DNA from: an uncultured bacterium
GTDB taxonomy: Bacteria > Joyebacterota > Joyebacteria > Joyebacterales > Joyebacteraceae
NCBI GenBank assembly: GCA_964399265.1
Contig: CAYNQF010000001.1
Location: 1,195 to 65,194 of the forward strand
Reading direction: 5' to 3'
DNA: 64,000 bases
Shown here: one piece after another, positions 20,594 through 29,014 of the stretch
Layout of the letters: each line of letters starts with the position of its first letter
How positions within the stretch are numbered: position 1 is the stretch's first letter
The notes under the pieces: model-generated
Databases searched by the model: none
Seen by the model: only the letters and a program-made list of their open reading frames with translations
What the model was told of the DNA's origin: nothing
Translations under genes and position numbers: made by a program

Positions 20594-21892
20594 TTGAACT
20601 GGAAGATCGAGTGGAAGCCGCTCCTCATCATGCTCGCCGTCTTCCTGGCGGCGTTCAACCTGCCGGTCGGAACGGCGAGGTTCGACAATGCGCTCGTCGA
20701 GGCGTTCGCCCTCGTGAAGTGGTACGCGCGCGAGCACGTGGTCCTGTGTCTGCTGCCCGCCTTCCTCATAGCCGGGGCCATCGCCGCCTTCGTGCGCAAG
20801 GAATCGGTGATGAAGTACCTCGGCGCACGAGCGCCGAAGCCGCTCGCGTACGGTGTCGCCTCCGTATCCGGGTCGATCCTCGCTGTCTGTTCCTGCACTG
20901 TGCTGCCGCTCTTCGCGGGCATATACAGGATGGGGGCCGGCCTGGGACCGGCCAGCGCGTTCCTCTACTCGGGTCCCGCGATCAACGTGCTCGCCATCAT
21001 ACTGACGGCCCGCGTGCTCGGGCCCGAGCTGGGCCTCGCCAGGGCCCTGGGTGCGATCGGGTTCAGCGTGGTCATAGGACTTCTCATGCACGTCATCTTC
21101 CGTAAGGAGGAACTCGAGAAGGCCGACGCGCAGATGGCGATGCCGGAGCCCGAGCCCACGAGGCCGCTCTGGCAGAACGGCGTCTACTTCGCGATCATGG
21201 TGGCGATCCTCGTCTTCGCCAACTGGGGCAAGCCGTCGGCTCCGGACGGGCTCTGGGCCGCCGTCTATTCGGCCAAATGGGCTATTACCTCGCTTCTCGG
21301 CGTCGCGTTCGGCGTCGTCCTCATCCTGTGGTTCCGTTTGTCCGTGATGCGCGCGATGCTCGCGGCTCTGCCGCCCGTCGCGCTCGCGCTGCTGCTCCCG
21401 GGACAGCCGATCCTCGCCTTCGGCGCGGCCGTGGTCGGGCTCGGTGTCATCACCAGCACCGCCGGCGGAGAGATGGGCGAGTGGTTCGAATCGAGCTGGG
21501 GGTTCGCGAAGCAGATACTGCCGCTGCTCCTGATCGGCGTCATCGTGGCCGGACTGCTCCTGGGGAGGCCCGGACACCAGGGGCTGATTCCCTCCGAGTG
21601 GGTGGCGCGCTCGGTGGGCGGGAACTCGCTCGGCGCGAACCTCTTTGCATCGGTCGCGGGCGCGTTCATGTACTTCGCGACGCTCACTGAGGTGCCCATC
21701 CTGCAGGGGCTCATCGGCAGTGGCATGGGCAAGGGGCCGGCGCTGGCGTTACTGCTGGCGGGTCCGGCGCTGTCGCTTCCTAACATGCTCGTCATCAGAA
21801 GCATCATGGGAACTAAGAAGACGCTCGTGTTCGTAGGGTTGGTCGTCGCCATGGCCACGGTGACGGGGATGCTGTACGGCAGGTTCTTCTGA
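20594..21892 (+). CDS. permease of the UPF0718/DUF318 (YraQ-like) family
   Basis: Polytopic membrane protein with the paired-repeat architecture typical of DUF318. TTG start at 20594 after GGGAGAG. Commonly paired with the small thioredoxin-like protein that follows. Confidence 0.65.
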   Translation: MNWKIEWKPLLIMLAVFLAAFNLPVGTARFDNALVEAFALVKWYAREHVVLCLLPAFLIAGAIAAFVRKESVMKYLGARAPKPLAYGVASVSGSILAVCSCTVLPLFAGIYRMGAGLGPASAFLYSGPAINVLAIILTARVLGPELGLARALGAIGFSVVIGLLMHVIFRKEELEKADAQMAMPEPEPTRPLWQNGVYFAIMVAILVFANWGKPSAPDGLWAAVYSAKWAITSLLGVAFGVVLILWFRLSVMRAMLAALPPVALALLLPGQPILAFGAAVVGLGVITSTAGGEMGEWFESSWGFAKQILPLLLIGVIVAGLLLGRPGHQGLIPSEWVARSVGGNSLGANLFASVAGAFMYFATLTEVPILQGLIGSGMGKGPALALLLAGPALSLPNMLVIRSIMGTKKTLVFVGLVVAMATVTGMLYGRFF

Positions 21893-21903
21893 TGGAGGAA
21901 CAC

Positions 21904-22134
21904 ATGAAGGTTCAGATACTGGGTACCGGGTGCCCGAAGTGCAAGCAGCTCGAGGCGAACGCCCGCGCGGCGGTCGAAGAACTCGGCCTCGACTACGAGC
22001 TTGAGAAGGTCTCCGACATCAACGAGATCATGAAGTTCGGGATCATGATGACGCCCGGACTCGCCGTGGACGGTGTCGTGAAGTCGGCGGGGAAGCTCCT
22101 GTCGGTCGAGGATATCAAGAAGTTGCTCAAGTGA
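21904..22134 (+). CDS. small thioredoxin-like 'redox-active disulfide protein 2' family protein (CPKC)
   Basis: MKVQILGTGCPKCKQLE... is a textbook match to this ~77-aa family. GGAGGA RBS before ATG 21904. Confidence 0.8.
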   Translation: MKVQILGTGCPKCKQLEANARAAVEELGLDYELEKVSDINEIMKFGIMMTPGLAVDGVVKSAGKLLSVEDIKKLLK

Positions 22135-22153
22135 GGTTCGGGAGCGTGGAGGG

Positions 22154-22702
22154 ATGATGAGGTCGTTCCGTTACCTTGTGCTGACCGCCTCTCTGCTCAC
22201 CTGCTGTGCCGCGGTCGGTTTGGCCGACGAAGGAGTGTCCGCGCCCGCATCAGACACCGAGGCGGCGACGCATTCGCTGCCGGACTCGACCGGTGCGTCG
22301 CCGACCTCCGGCGCCGAGGCCGACTCCACGGCCCTCGACCGCGTCGTCGTTACCTATTTTCACAAAGAGTTCAGGTGCGAGATGTGCCTCGCGTTCGAGG
22401 CCAACTCGGAAGAGGCTCTTCGGACGGCGTTCCCGGGCGAGTTGGCGGACGGCCGTCTTGTCTGGCGCGTCCTGAACCTGGACGACAAGCAGAACACACA
22501 CTACGAGGACGACTACGGCCTGACGGAGCTCTCGCTCGTCGTGGCGGGGGAGCGCGACGGCGTCGTCGTGGAGTGGCGAACCCTCCCGGACATCTGGGGG
22601 CTCGTGGACGACAAGCAGGCGCTCATCGATTACGTTACGTACGAGGTGGGGAAGACGCTCGATAAGGTCAAGTACCGCGAATGGGCGGGAACCCGGAAGT
22701 AG
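22154..22702 (+). CDS. secreted hypothetical protein with CxxC motif (FRCEMC)
   Basis: Signal peptide. GGAGGG RBS. Last gene of the ArsR-family operon, immediately followed by a terminator. Confidence 0.5.
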   Translation: MMRSFRYLVLTASLLTCCAAVGLADEGVSAPASDTEAATHSLPDSTGASPTSGAEADSTALDRVVVTYFHKEFRCEMCLAFEANSEEALRTAFPGELADGRLVWRVLNLDDKQNTHYEDDYGLTELSLVVAGERDGVVVEWRTLPDIWGLVDDKQALIDYVTYEVGKTLDKVKYREWAGTRK

Positions 22703-22709
22703 CGGGAAA

Positions 22710-22740
22710 AGGGGCCTGGAACCGGCCCCTTTCTTTTTCT
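22710..22740 (+). terminator. rho-independent terminator AGGGGCC-TGGAACC-GGCCCCT followed by TTCTTTTTCT
   Basis: 7-bp stem, 7-nt loop and U-rich tail read from the sequence, 8 nt after the stop at 22702. Confidence 0.7.
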
Positions 22741-22741
22741 G

Positions 22742-22770
22742 TTGACGCCTGCACATACGTGCAGTAGCAT
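22742..22770 (+). promoter_or_regulatory. sigma70-like promoter TTGACG-17-TAGCAT upstream of lexA
   Basis: Near-consensus hexamers with exactly 17-bp spacing. Begins 2 nt after the upstream terminator. Confidence 0.5.
22750..22763 (+). promoter_or_regulatory. candidate LexA operator TGCAC-ATAC-GTGCA (Fibrobacter-type TGCNC-N4-GTGCA) inside the promoter spacer
   Basis: Exact match to the reported Fibrobacter succinogenes LexA box consensus. It lies between the -35 and -10 elements of the promoter preceding lexA. Confidence 0.5.
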
Positions 22771-23073
22771 GGTGCACAGATGGGCAGTAGGCGCCCGCGG
22801 CGGTTCGCGGCTCTCATGCATGAGCAGAAGGCCGCGCCGCCACTGCCCGTCGCTAAGCCATCAAGGCCGAGGTGTCAGGGCCGCGCGTTGGGCGGATAAC
22901 GTGGGAAATGGTCAGCTCGCGCGCCCGGTCCGGAACGAACGGGAATCCTGCGCGGCCCGCCTCGGCTTCTTTTTGAAAGGGGACCCGCGGCTGCGGTAGC
23001 GACGACATCGCGCGAGCATCATGCAGCTGCGGGCATTCTCTTGAACGGACGCATCCACCAGGAGCGAACCACA

Positions 23074-23706
23074 ATGACCATCCGGGACGATCTCTCGCAG
23101 GTTCAGAAGAAGATCCTCGAGTTCATCACCGAGAACATCCAGGACCACGACCGCTCGCCGACCATCCGCGAGATCGGGGAGGAGTTCGGCATCTCTTCGA
23201 CGAACGGCGTGCGCTACCACCTCAAGGTGCTCGAGGAGCGCGGGTATATAAAGAGGGAGCGCGGTATCTCGCGCGGCATCGAGTGGCGCGAGCATCACGT
23301 TCCGTCGCCCGCCCGTGCCAACGCGAGTGAGATACCGCTCGTGGGGCAGGTCGCGGCCGGCTCGCCCATCCTGGCGGTCGAGAACGTCGAAGGCGCGATG
23401 GCGGTCGACGAGATGTTCGGGACGAACGACGATTGCTTCGCGCTCCGCGTAAGCGGAGACAGTATGAAGAACGGCGGCATCTTCGACGGCGATATCGTCA
23501 TAGTGCAGCCGCAGCCAACCGCGAGGGCCGGCGATGTGGTCGTCGCACTAATAGATGAAGAGGCGACGGTCAAGACGTACACGCGATCGGAAGGCAAGGT
23601 CGTTCTCAGGGCCGAGAACCCGGACTACGACGACATCGTCCTGGACGCGCGCAGCGAGGACGCCAGGGTCTTGGGCAGAGTGGTCGGGCTAATGCGAAAG
23701 ATCTGA
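23074..23706 (+). CDS. lexA: LexA repressor (SOS regulator, S24 autopeptidase)
   Basis: N-terminal wHTH (LSQVQKKILEFI..RSPTIREIGEEFGISSTNGVRYHLKVLEERGYI). Cleavage-site AG in VAAGSP. Ser/Lys dyad in GDSMKNGGI ... KTY. GGAG RBS before ATG 23074. Confidence 0.9.
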   Translation: MTIRDDLSQVQKKILEFITENIQDHDRSPTIREIGEEFGISSTNGVRYHLKVLEERGYIKRERGISRGIEWREHHVPSPARANASEIPLVGQVAAGSPILAVENVEGAMAVDEMFGTNDDCFALRVSGDSMKNGGIFDGDIVIVQPQPTARAGDVVVALIDEEATVKTYTRSEGKVVLRAENPDYDDIVLDARSEDARVLGRVVGLMRKI

Positions 23707-23746
23707 CGCGGGGCCATGTCGCTGCTTTAACAAGCGAGAGGTTCAC

Positions 23747-24577
23747 ATGTACATTGCCGACGAAGCCAACACGAGAAGGAACGAGGCCGGCGCAAGTGCG
23801 GCCCGCCGGCGTTCCGGATCGCACGACTGGACCTCGGTGGCCGTGGCCATGCTCGCCACGTTCATCGTTATTGTCATGGCTCTGGGTGTTGCGGATGCTC
23901 GCGAGCCGGAGCGGGCCGATAGATCTGACACGGCGATAGAGAAGCTGTTCAAGGTCGACAGGCTTCACGAGGCTACGCGCGGGGAGATCGCGCTGCCGGA
24001 GCCGTCGCGCTCGGGCGGCCTCTCAGTCGAGGCGGCCATCGAGGGCAGACGATCGGTCCGGACGTTCACGGACGATCCCGTGACACTCGAGCAGCTCTCC
24101 CAGCTCCTGTGGGCCGCGCAGGGGATCACGGACAGGGATAGGTTCAGGCGCTCGGCCCCATCCGCCGGCGCCACGTATCCTATAGAGATATTCGTGGTGG
24201 CGGGGCGCATCGATGGACTCGAGCCCGGGGTCTATTGGTATGTGCCGTCGAGCCACACGATCAACCTGATCTCGGCCGGCGACCGGCGCCCGGAGCTCTC
24301 CGAGCAGGCTCTGTCCCAGTCGTCGGTGCTTAACGCGCCACTGTCGCTCGTCATAACCGGCGTCTACGAGCGGACTATGGAGAAGTACGAGGAGAGAGGT
24401 GTTCGTTACGTTCACATAGAGGTCGGAGCGGTCGCCGAGAACGTGTACCTGCAGGCGGAGAGCCTGGGACTGGGAACGGTCTTCGTGGGTTCGTTCTCGG
24501 ACGACGGCGTGCGCGACCTCCTTCACGCCGAGGTCTCTCCGCTCGGCATTATGCCTTTGGGGGTGCCCGCCAGATGA
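23747..24577 (+). CDS. membrane-anchored SagB-type dehydrogenase / nitroreductase-superfamily protein
   Basis: N-terminal TM helix followed by a nitroreductase-fold domain (RRSVRTF... / GAVAENVYLQAESLGLGTVFVG). Confidence 0.6.
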   Translation: MYIADEANTRRNEAGASAARRRSGSHDWTSVAVAMLATFIVIVMALGVADAREPERADRSDTAIEKLFKVDRLHEATRGEIALPEPSRSGGLSVEAAIEGRRSVRTFTDDPVTLEQLSQLLWAAQGITDRDRFRRSAPSAGATYPIEIFVVAGRIDGLEPGVYWYVPSSHTINLISAGDRRPELSEQALSQSSVLNAPLSLVITGVYERTMEKYEERGVRYVHIEVGAVAENVYLQAESLGLGTVFVGSFSDDGVRDLLHAEVSPLGIMPLGVPAR

Positions 24578-24924
24578 GACAGCGAACGACTCCGGGACAA
24601 CTCTGTAGAATTAAGGCTCCCAGACCAGGGGACGAGGAGCCGCGGGCCCGTGGTTACGACGTCGGTCCCGACGGGATGCTCAAGGACGTAGGAGAACCCG
24701 TGGCGGTCCTCGCCAGGTTCGGAAAGGGTCAGATCGACCCGCTCCGTTTCAAGTGGAACACCTGTGTTTACGACGTGGACCGCGTGAGCGGCAAGTGGGA
24801 GGAGCACGAGGGACAGTACAAGCTCTACTATTTCGGCGTCGTGACGAAGGCCGAGGATTACTACGAGCTCATCTACAGCACGAGGACGATGAGCTGGACG
24901 TTGTCCAGGACGGATAGCGATTGA
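24574..24924 (+). CDS. hypothetical small protein, translationally coupled (ATGA overlap) to the preceding gene
   Basis: The ATG at 24574 overlaps the TGA of the SagB-type gene. Coding-like composition; no recognised domain; the true start could be internal. Confidence 0.4.
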   Translation: MRQRTTPGQLCRIKAPRPGDEEPRARGYDVGPDGMLKDVGEPVAVLARFGKGQIDPLRFKWNTCVYDVDRVSGKWEEHEGQYKLYYFGVVTKAEDYYELIYSTRTMSWTLSRTDSD

Positions 24925-24940
24925 TGGTTGGAGGTGCGCC

Positions 24941-25432
24941 ATGAACGTCAGGATGCTGGCCCCGGACACAACGACCTGCTTCATGTACTACGAATCACCC
25001 ATCGGGCTCGTGGAGGTTGGCAGCACCGCGGGGGCCATCACATCGCTGTACTTCGTCGACGAGCGTCGTTCCGAGATGCTCAGGGACGAACTCGGCGAGG
25101 AGGCCGTGCGGCAGGTCGCCGAGTACTTTGAGGGCGGGCGCCGCGAGTTCGACGTTCCGGTGTCGCTAGGTGGAACGAAGTTCCAGAAGCTCGTCTGGAA
25201 CGAGCTTCTGAAGATATCGTTCGGCAACACCGTGTCGTACGGAGACATCGCCAAAGCGATAGGCAAGCCCACGGCGGTGCGCGCCGTCGGTGCTGCCAAC
25301 GGGCAGAACCCCATATCGATCATCATCCCGTGTCACCGCGTGATCGGGAACGACGGTCGCCTGACAGGTTACGGAGGGGGACTATGGCGGAAGCAGTGGC
25401 TTCTGAAGCACGAGGGCGGTCTGCTGCTCTGA
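24941..25432 (+). CDS. ogt: methylated-DNA--protein-cysteine methyltransferase
   Basis: Active-site PCHRV and helix-turn-helix NPISIIIPCHRVIG. GGAGGTG RBS. Confidence 0.85.
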   Translation: MNVRMLAPDTTTCFMYYESPIGLVEVGSTAGAITSLYFVDERRSEMLRDELGEEAVRQVAEYFEGGRREFDVPVSLGGTKFQKLVWNELLKISFGNTVSYGDIAKAIGKPTAVRAVGAANGQNPISIIIPCHRVIGNDGRLTGYGGGLWRKQWLLKHEGGLLL

Positions 25433-25443
25433 AGGAGAAGAAC

Positions 25444-26550
25444 GTGTCGGGCGACGGATCGAACGTCTACTGGAAGGAAGTCTACGACACGCTCGTAGCG
25501 AGCGTGCGTTTCAACGGCAAACACGGCGACATAGACGGCCATCTGTGCAGATTGTCGGAGTCGGTCGGTCCGCGCGCGCACGGCCACCCGTTCGTCCTCC
25601 ACAGGGGCGGGGGCGACATGGAGGTGTGCCTGCCGGTGACGGGGCCGCTCGACGACGACAGCAGCGGGGGACCCGCGCCTGGCGGGTCCCCCGAGATATC
25701 CTTCGGCACGCTCGGGGGCGCGGTCATGATGTGCGCTCCGTTCGAGGGCGACTTGGGTTCCGATGATACGGCGCGCTCGCTCGGGGAGGAGTTCGGAAGG
25801 CTCTGGCGTCACACGGTCGAGCATCACATCGGCGTCACCGAGGACCCCTGGCGCGAGGTCCTGCTCGATTACGAACCCGGCATTGCGGGCCTGTACAGGG
25901 CGGAGCTGCAGGTGCCGATGCTCCTTCCGAAATGGCTCGAGAGGCTCCGCGCCGGGCTCGACCGGTATGCCGGTGTGTCGGTGCGTCAGCACGTGCTGGG
26001 AGGAAGCGAGCGGCTCTACCCGTCTTCGAGTTCTTCCGAGAAGGTGACGTGGGTTAAGGGCGCGATGGCGCGCCTCGACGCGGCGGTCGAGGACGAGAAC
26101 AGGAGACGGGCCATCATGTGTGGATGTGCGCACGTCTATCCCGCCGCGCGCATCGCTGCGCTCAAGCGCGAGTACGAACGTCTCGGAAGCGTCGACGCAC
26201 TCCTCGAGTTCATCGCGAACGATCCGGGGTTCGACGTTGCGCCGTACTACCGCGACCCCGAGAGGTCCGGCAACGTCATCCTCATAGACAAGAACCCCCA
26301 GGAGCGTGAGAAGCACGCCGAAGCCACTGACCCATTCGTCAAACGCGCGGCGGCCTGCCACTGCCCGATCGTCAAGGCGGCCATACTCGCGGGCGAGAAC
26401 GTGTCGTTCACGTACTGCGGCTGCGGCACGGGATGGTTCAAGCCCGTGTGGGAAGCGATCCTGGAGGCGCCGGTCGACGTCATCTGCGAGGAGTCCGTCC
26501 TGCGAGGCGACGACCGCTGCAGGTTCGCCATCTACCTTCCGGAGGAATAG
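25444..26550 (+). CDS. hypothetical Cys-rich protein (motifs MCGCAH, CHCP, YCGCGTGW, RCRF in C-terminal half)
   Basis: GTG 25444 lies 11 nt after the ogt stop, preceded by AGGAGAAG. Stop is 1 nt before the fpg ATG. No family recognised. Confidence 0.5.
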   Translation: MSGDGSNVYWKEVYDTLVASVRFNGKHGDIDGHLCRLSESVGPRAHGHPFVLHRGGGDMEVCLPVTGPLDDDSSGGPAPGGSPEISFGTLGGAVMMCAPFEGDLGSDDTARSLGEEFGRLWRHTVEHHIGVTEDPWREVLLDYEPGIAGLYRAELQVPMLLPKWLERLRAGLDRYAGVSVRQHVLGGSERLYPSSSSSEKVTWVKGAMARLDAAVEDENRRRAIMCGCAHVYPAARIAALKREYERLGSVDALLEFIANDPGFDVAPYYRDPERSGNVILIDKNPQEREKHAEATDPFVKRAAACHCPIVKAAILAGENVSFTYCGCGTGWFKPVWEAILEAPVDVICEESVLRGDDRCRFAIYLPEE

Positions 26551-26551
26551 C

Positions 26552-27376
26552 ATGCCCGAGCTTCCAGAGGTCGCGTCGCGAGCTAAGGAGATGCAGAGGC
26601 TGCTCGTCGGGAAGACGATCCGCGACATCGAGCTCTTGCAGCCCAAGTGCCTGAACGTTCCGCCGGCCAGGTTCAAGAAGGCGCTCAGGGGCGCGGAGCT
26701 TCTGGGGACCTCGTACCACGGCAAGTGGCTCTTCACGGACACGACCAAGGGGCATCTGCTCATCAACCTGGGCATGGGTGGCGACATGCTGCTCGTGAAG
26801 GACGACGAGATTCCCGAGAAGCGTCAGGCCGTCTTCTACTTCGACGACGGGACCGCTCTCTCCATCCGGTTCTGGTGGTTCGGGTACGTTCACTACGCGG
26901 CCGAGGGCAAGCTCGGCTCGCACAAGATGAGCGGGAAGCTCGGTCCGAACGCGGTCGACGTCTCCAGAGACGAGTTCCGGGAGATGCTCCGCGGCAGGCG
27001 GGGCGCGGTGAAGACGTTCCTTCTCGACCAGGAGAAGATCGCCGGGATCGGCAACGCCTACGCGCACGACATCCTGTTCCTGGCGGGTCTCCATCCACAA
27101 CGAAAGCTCGACACGCTATCGGAGGACGAGGTCGACGGGCTGTGGCGGGGCATCCGCGACGGGCTCCTTCCGAGCCTCAAGAAGAGGGGCGCCTGGTACG
27201 AGCGGGACCTCAAGGGCAGACGCGGCGGATTCAAGATGGACGACATCCAGGTCGGCTACCTCGAGGGAGAGCCCTGCCCGACATGCGGCACGAAGATCGA
27301 GAAGCTCAAAACCGGAAGCACTTCTTCGTTCATCTGCCCGAAGTGCCAGGCGCTCAAGCCGAAGAAGAAGAGATGA
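26552..27376 (+). CDS. mutM: formamidopyrimidine-DNA glycosylase (Fpg/Nei family)
   Basis: N-terminal MPELPEV with catalytic Pro2/Glu3. H2TH region present. C-terminal zinc finger CPTCG...CPKCQ. GGAGGAA RBS. Confidence 0.85.
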   Translation: MPELPEVASRAKEMQRLLVGKTIRDIELLQPKCLNVPPARFKKALRGAELLGTSYHGKWLFTDTTKGHLLINLGMGGDMLLVKDDEIPEKRQAVFYFDDGTALSIRFWWFGYVHYAAEGKLGSHKMSGKLGPNAVDVSRDEFREMLRGRRGAVKTFLLDQEKIAGIGNAYAHDILFLAGLHPQRKLDTLSEDEVDGLWRGIRDGLLPSLKKRGAWYERDLKGRRGGFKMDDIQVGYLEGEPCPTCGTKIEKLKTGSTSSFICPKCQALKPKKKR

Positions 27377-27518
27377 GCCGCGACTCCGTAGACGTTCTGT
27401 TCGAGGACCCGCTCGCCGGGTCCCTCTGGAGCGCGGGGACAACGACGTTCTGGTCAGGCTGGAGGTGAAGGAGCCCCTCTTCGGGAGCGGCTTCTGGATG
27501 AGGCTGAGGTAGCGAACG

Positions 27519-28961
27519 ATGCTGGGACGACACCACAAGGAAGCGTCCGCGGGCGAGGTGCGCGACAGGCGCCTCGTCTTCCACGTCGACATGGACGCGT
27601 TCTTCGCGTCGGTCGAGGTGATGTGCCGACCGAAGCTGCGTGGCAAGCCGGTCATCGTCTGCGGCAAGCCGACGACTCGCAGCGTTGCGGCCGCGGCATC
27701 GTACGAGGCCCGGAAGTACGGCATCCGGTCCGGCATGTCGACCGTTGAGTGCTTCCGCCGCTGCCCCCACGTGGTAGCGGTCGAGGGCAATCCGGGGCAG
27801 TACATCTACGTTTCGCTCGAACTGCTGCGCATCTACAAGGAGTTCTCGACGATCGTCGAGCCCTACTCGATCGATGAGGCGTTCGTCGAGATGACCGGCA
27901 CGAAATGCAACTGGCAGAACTGCGAGGGCGTGGCTCTCGAGATCAAGGACAGGATAGGGAAGAGGTTCCCCGGACTTACGGCGACCATAGGCGTGGGCCC
28001 CAACAAGCTCGTGTCCAAGATGTGCGGCCACCTGAACAAGCCCGACGGCATAACGGTCATACGACCCGGCGGGTTCCTGGACGTGTTCGGCGAACGCAAC
28101 GTCACCGACATCTGGGGCGTAGGCGACAGAACGGCCCTCGCTCTTTCTATGATGGGCATGGACAACATTCGCGAGCTGTCGGAGCACCCGGTCTCGATGC
28201 TGCGTCGTCGCTTCGGCATCATGGGAGAGATCCTTCACATGATGGCCGTCGGTCGCGACGACACGCCCGTCGTGCCGTACTTCGAGGGCATGCCGGTCAA
28301 ATCGATGGGTCACGAACATACGCTCCCGGCTGACACGTGGGACATCGCCGAGGCGGAGAAGGTGTTGCTGCGTCTGTGCGACCAGGTTGCGCGACGGATG
28401 CGGAAGAAGGGATACCTGGGCGACGTCATCTCGATGCGTCTTAGGTTCAGCGACTTCGAGAGCATAGGCAGGCAGAAGAAGCTCAAGTTCTACACGGACG
28501 AGGAGCGCGTCATATACAAGGAAGCGCGCGAGCTTCTGCACAGGCACTGGAGGCCGGGACACTCGATCAGGCTGGTGGGCGTGAACTGCTCGGGTCTGGT
28601 GAAGGTGCCCGAGACGGTGCAGGTCGACCTCTTCCGTCAGAAGGAGGAGGACTCACACAGGAAGCTTCTGGCGGCCGTCGACGCGATCAGGGACAAGTTC
28701 GGCGAGAACGCCATAACGAGGGCGCGACTCGTCGACATCAATCGCAGGATGTGGGACGCCGGCCGCCGCGTCTCGGAGCCCAGGTTCCAGAAGATGTCGG
28801 TCGGAACGAGCGAGCGCCAGTACCACTCGATCATGGCCGGGTTCCACGACAACAAGGCGAACGTGGATACCGTACCGCTTCCACCCGGTCTTTCGTCGAG
28901 TCCGTTCGACATGCTGCGCCACCAGGACGCCGAGGATCTGAGCCGCGGAGGCATCGACTAG
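27519..28961 (+). CDS. dinB: Y-family DNA polymerase IV with ~100-aa C-terminal extension
   Basis: HVDMDAFFASVE catalytic motif. Little-finger region present. 480 aa, longer than typical DinB. Confidence 0.85.
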   Translation: MLGRHHKEASAGEVRDRRLVFHVDMDAFFASVEVMCRPKLRGKPVIVCGKPTTRSVAAAASYEARKYGIRSGMSTVECFRRCPHVVAVEGNPGQYIYVSLELLRIYKEFSTIVEPYSIDEAFVEMTGTKCNWQNCEGVALEIKDRIGKRFPGLTATIGVGPNKLVSKMCGHLNKPDGITVIRPGGFLDVFGERNVTDIWGVGDRTALALSMMGMDNIRELSEHPVSMLRRRFGIMGEILHMMAVGRDDTPVVPYFEGMPVKSMGHEHTLPADTWDIAEAEKVLLRLCDQVARRMRKKGYLGDVISMRLRFSDFESIGRQKKLKFYTDEERVIYKEARELLHRHWRPGHSIRLVGVNCSGLVKVPETVQVDLFRQKEEDSHRKLLAAVDAIRDKFGENAITRARLVDINRRMWDAGRRVSEPRFQKMSVGTSERQYHSIMAGFHDNKANVDTVPLPPGLSSSPFDMLRHQDAEDLSRGGID

Positions 28962-29014
28962 CGGCAGGCTCAGATGACACGAGCGTTCAGACCCGAGAGG
29001 CGTCAAACGGAGTG

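Noticed and set aside
22742-22999. 85-aa ORF in the lexA leader
   Set aside because: It starts inside the promoter/operator, has no RBS, and has Arg/Ala-rich low-complexity product. I treat the region as a 5' leader.
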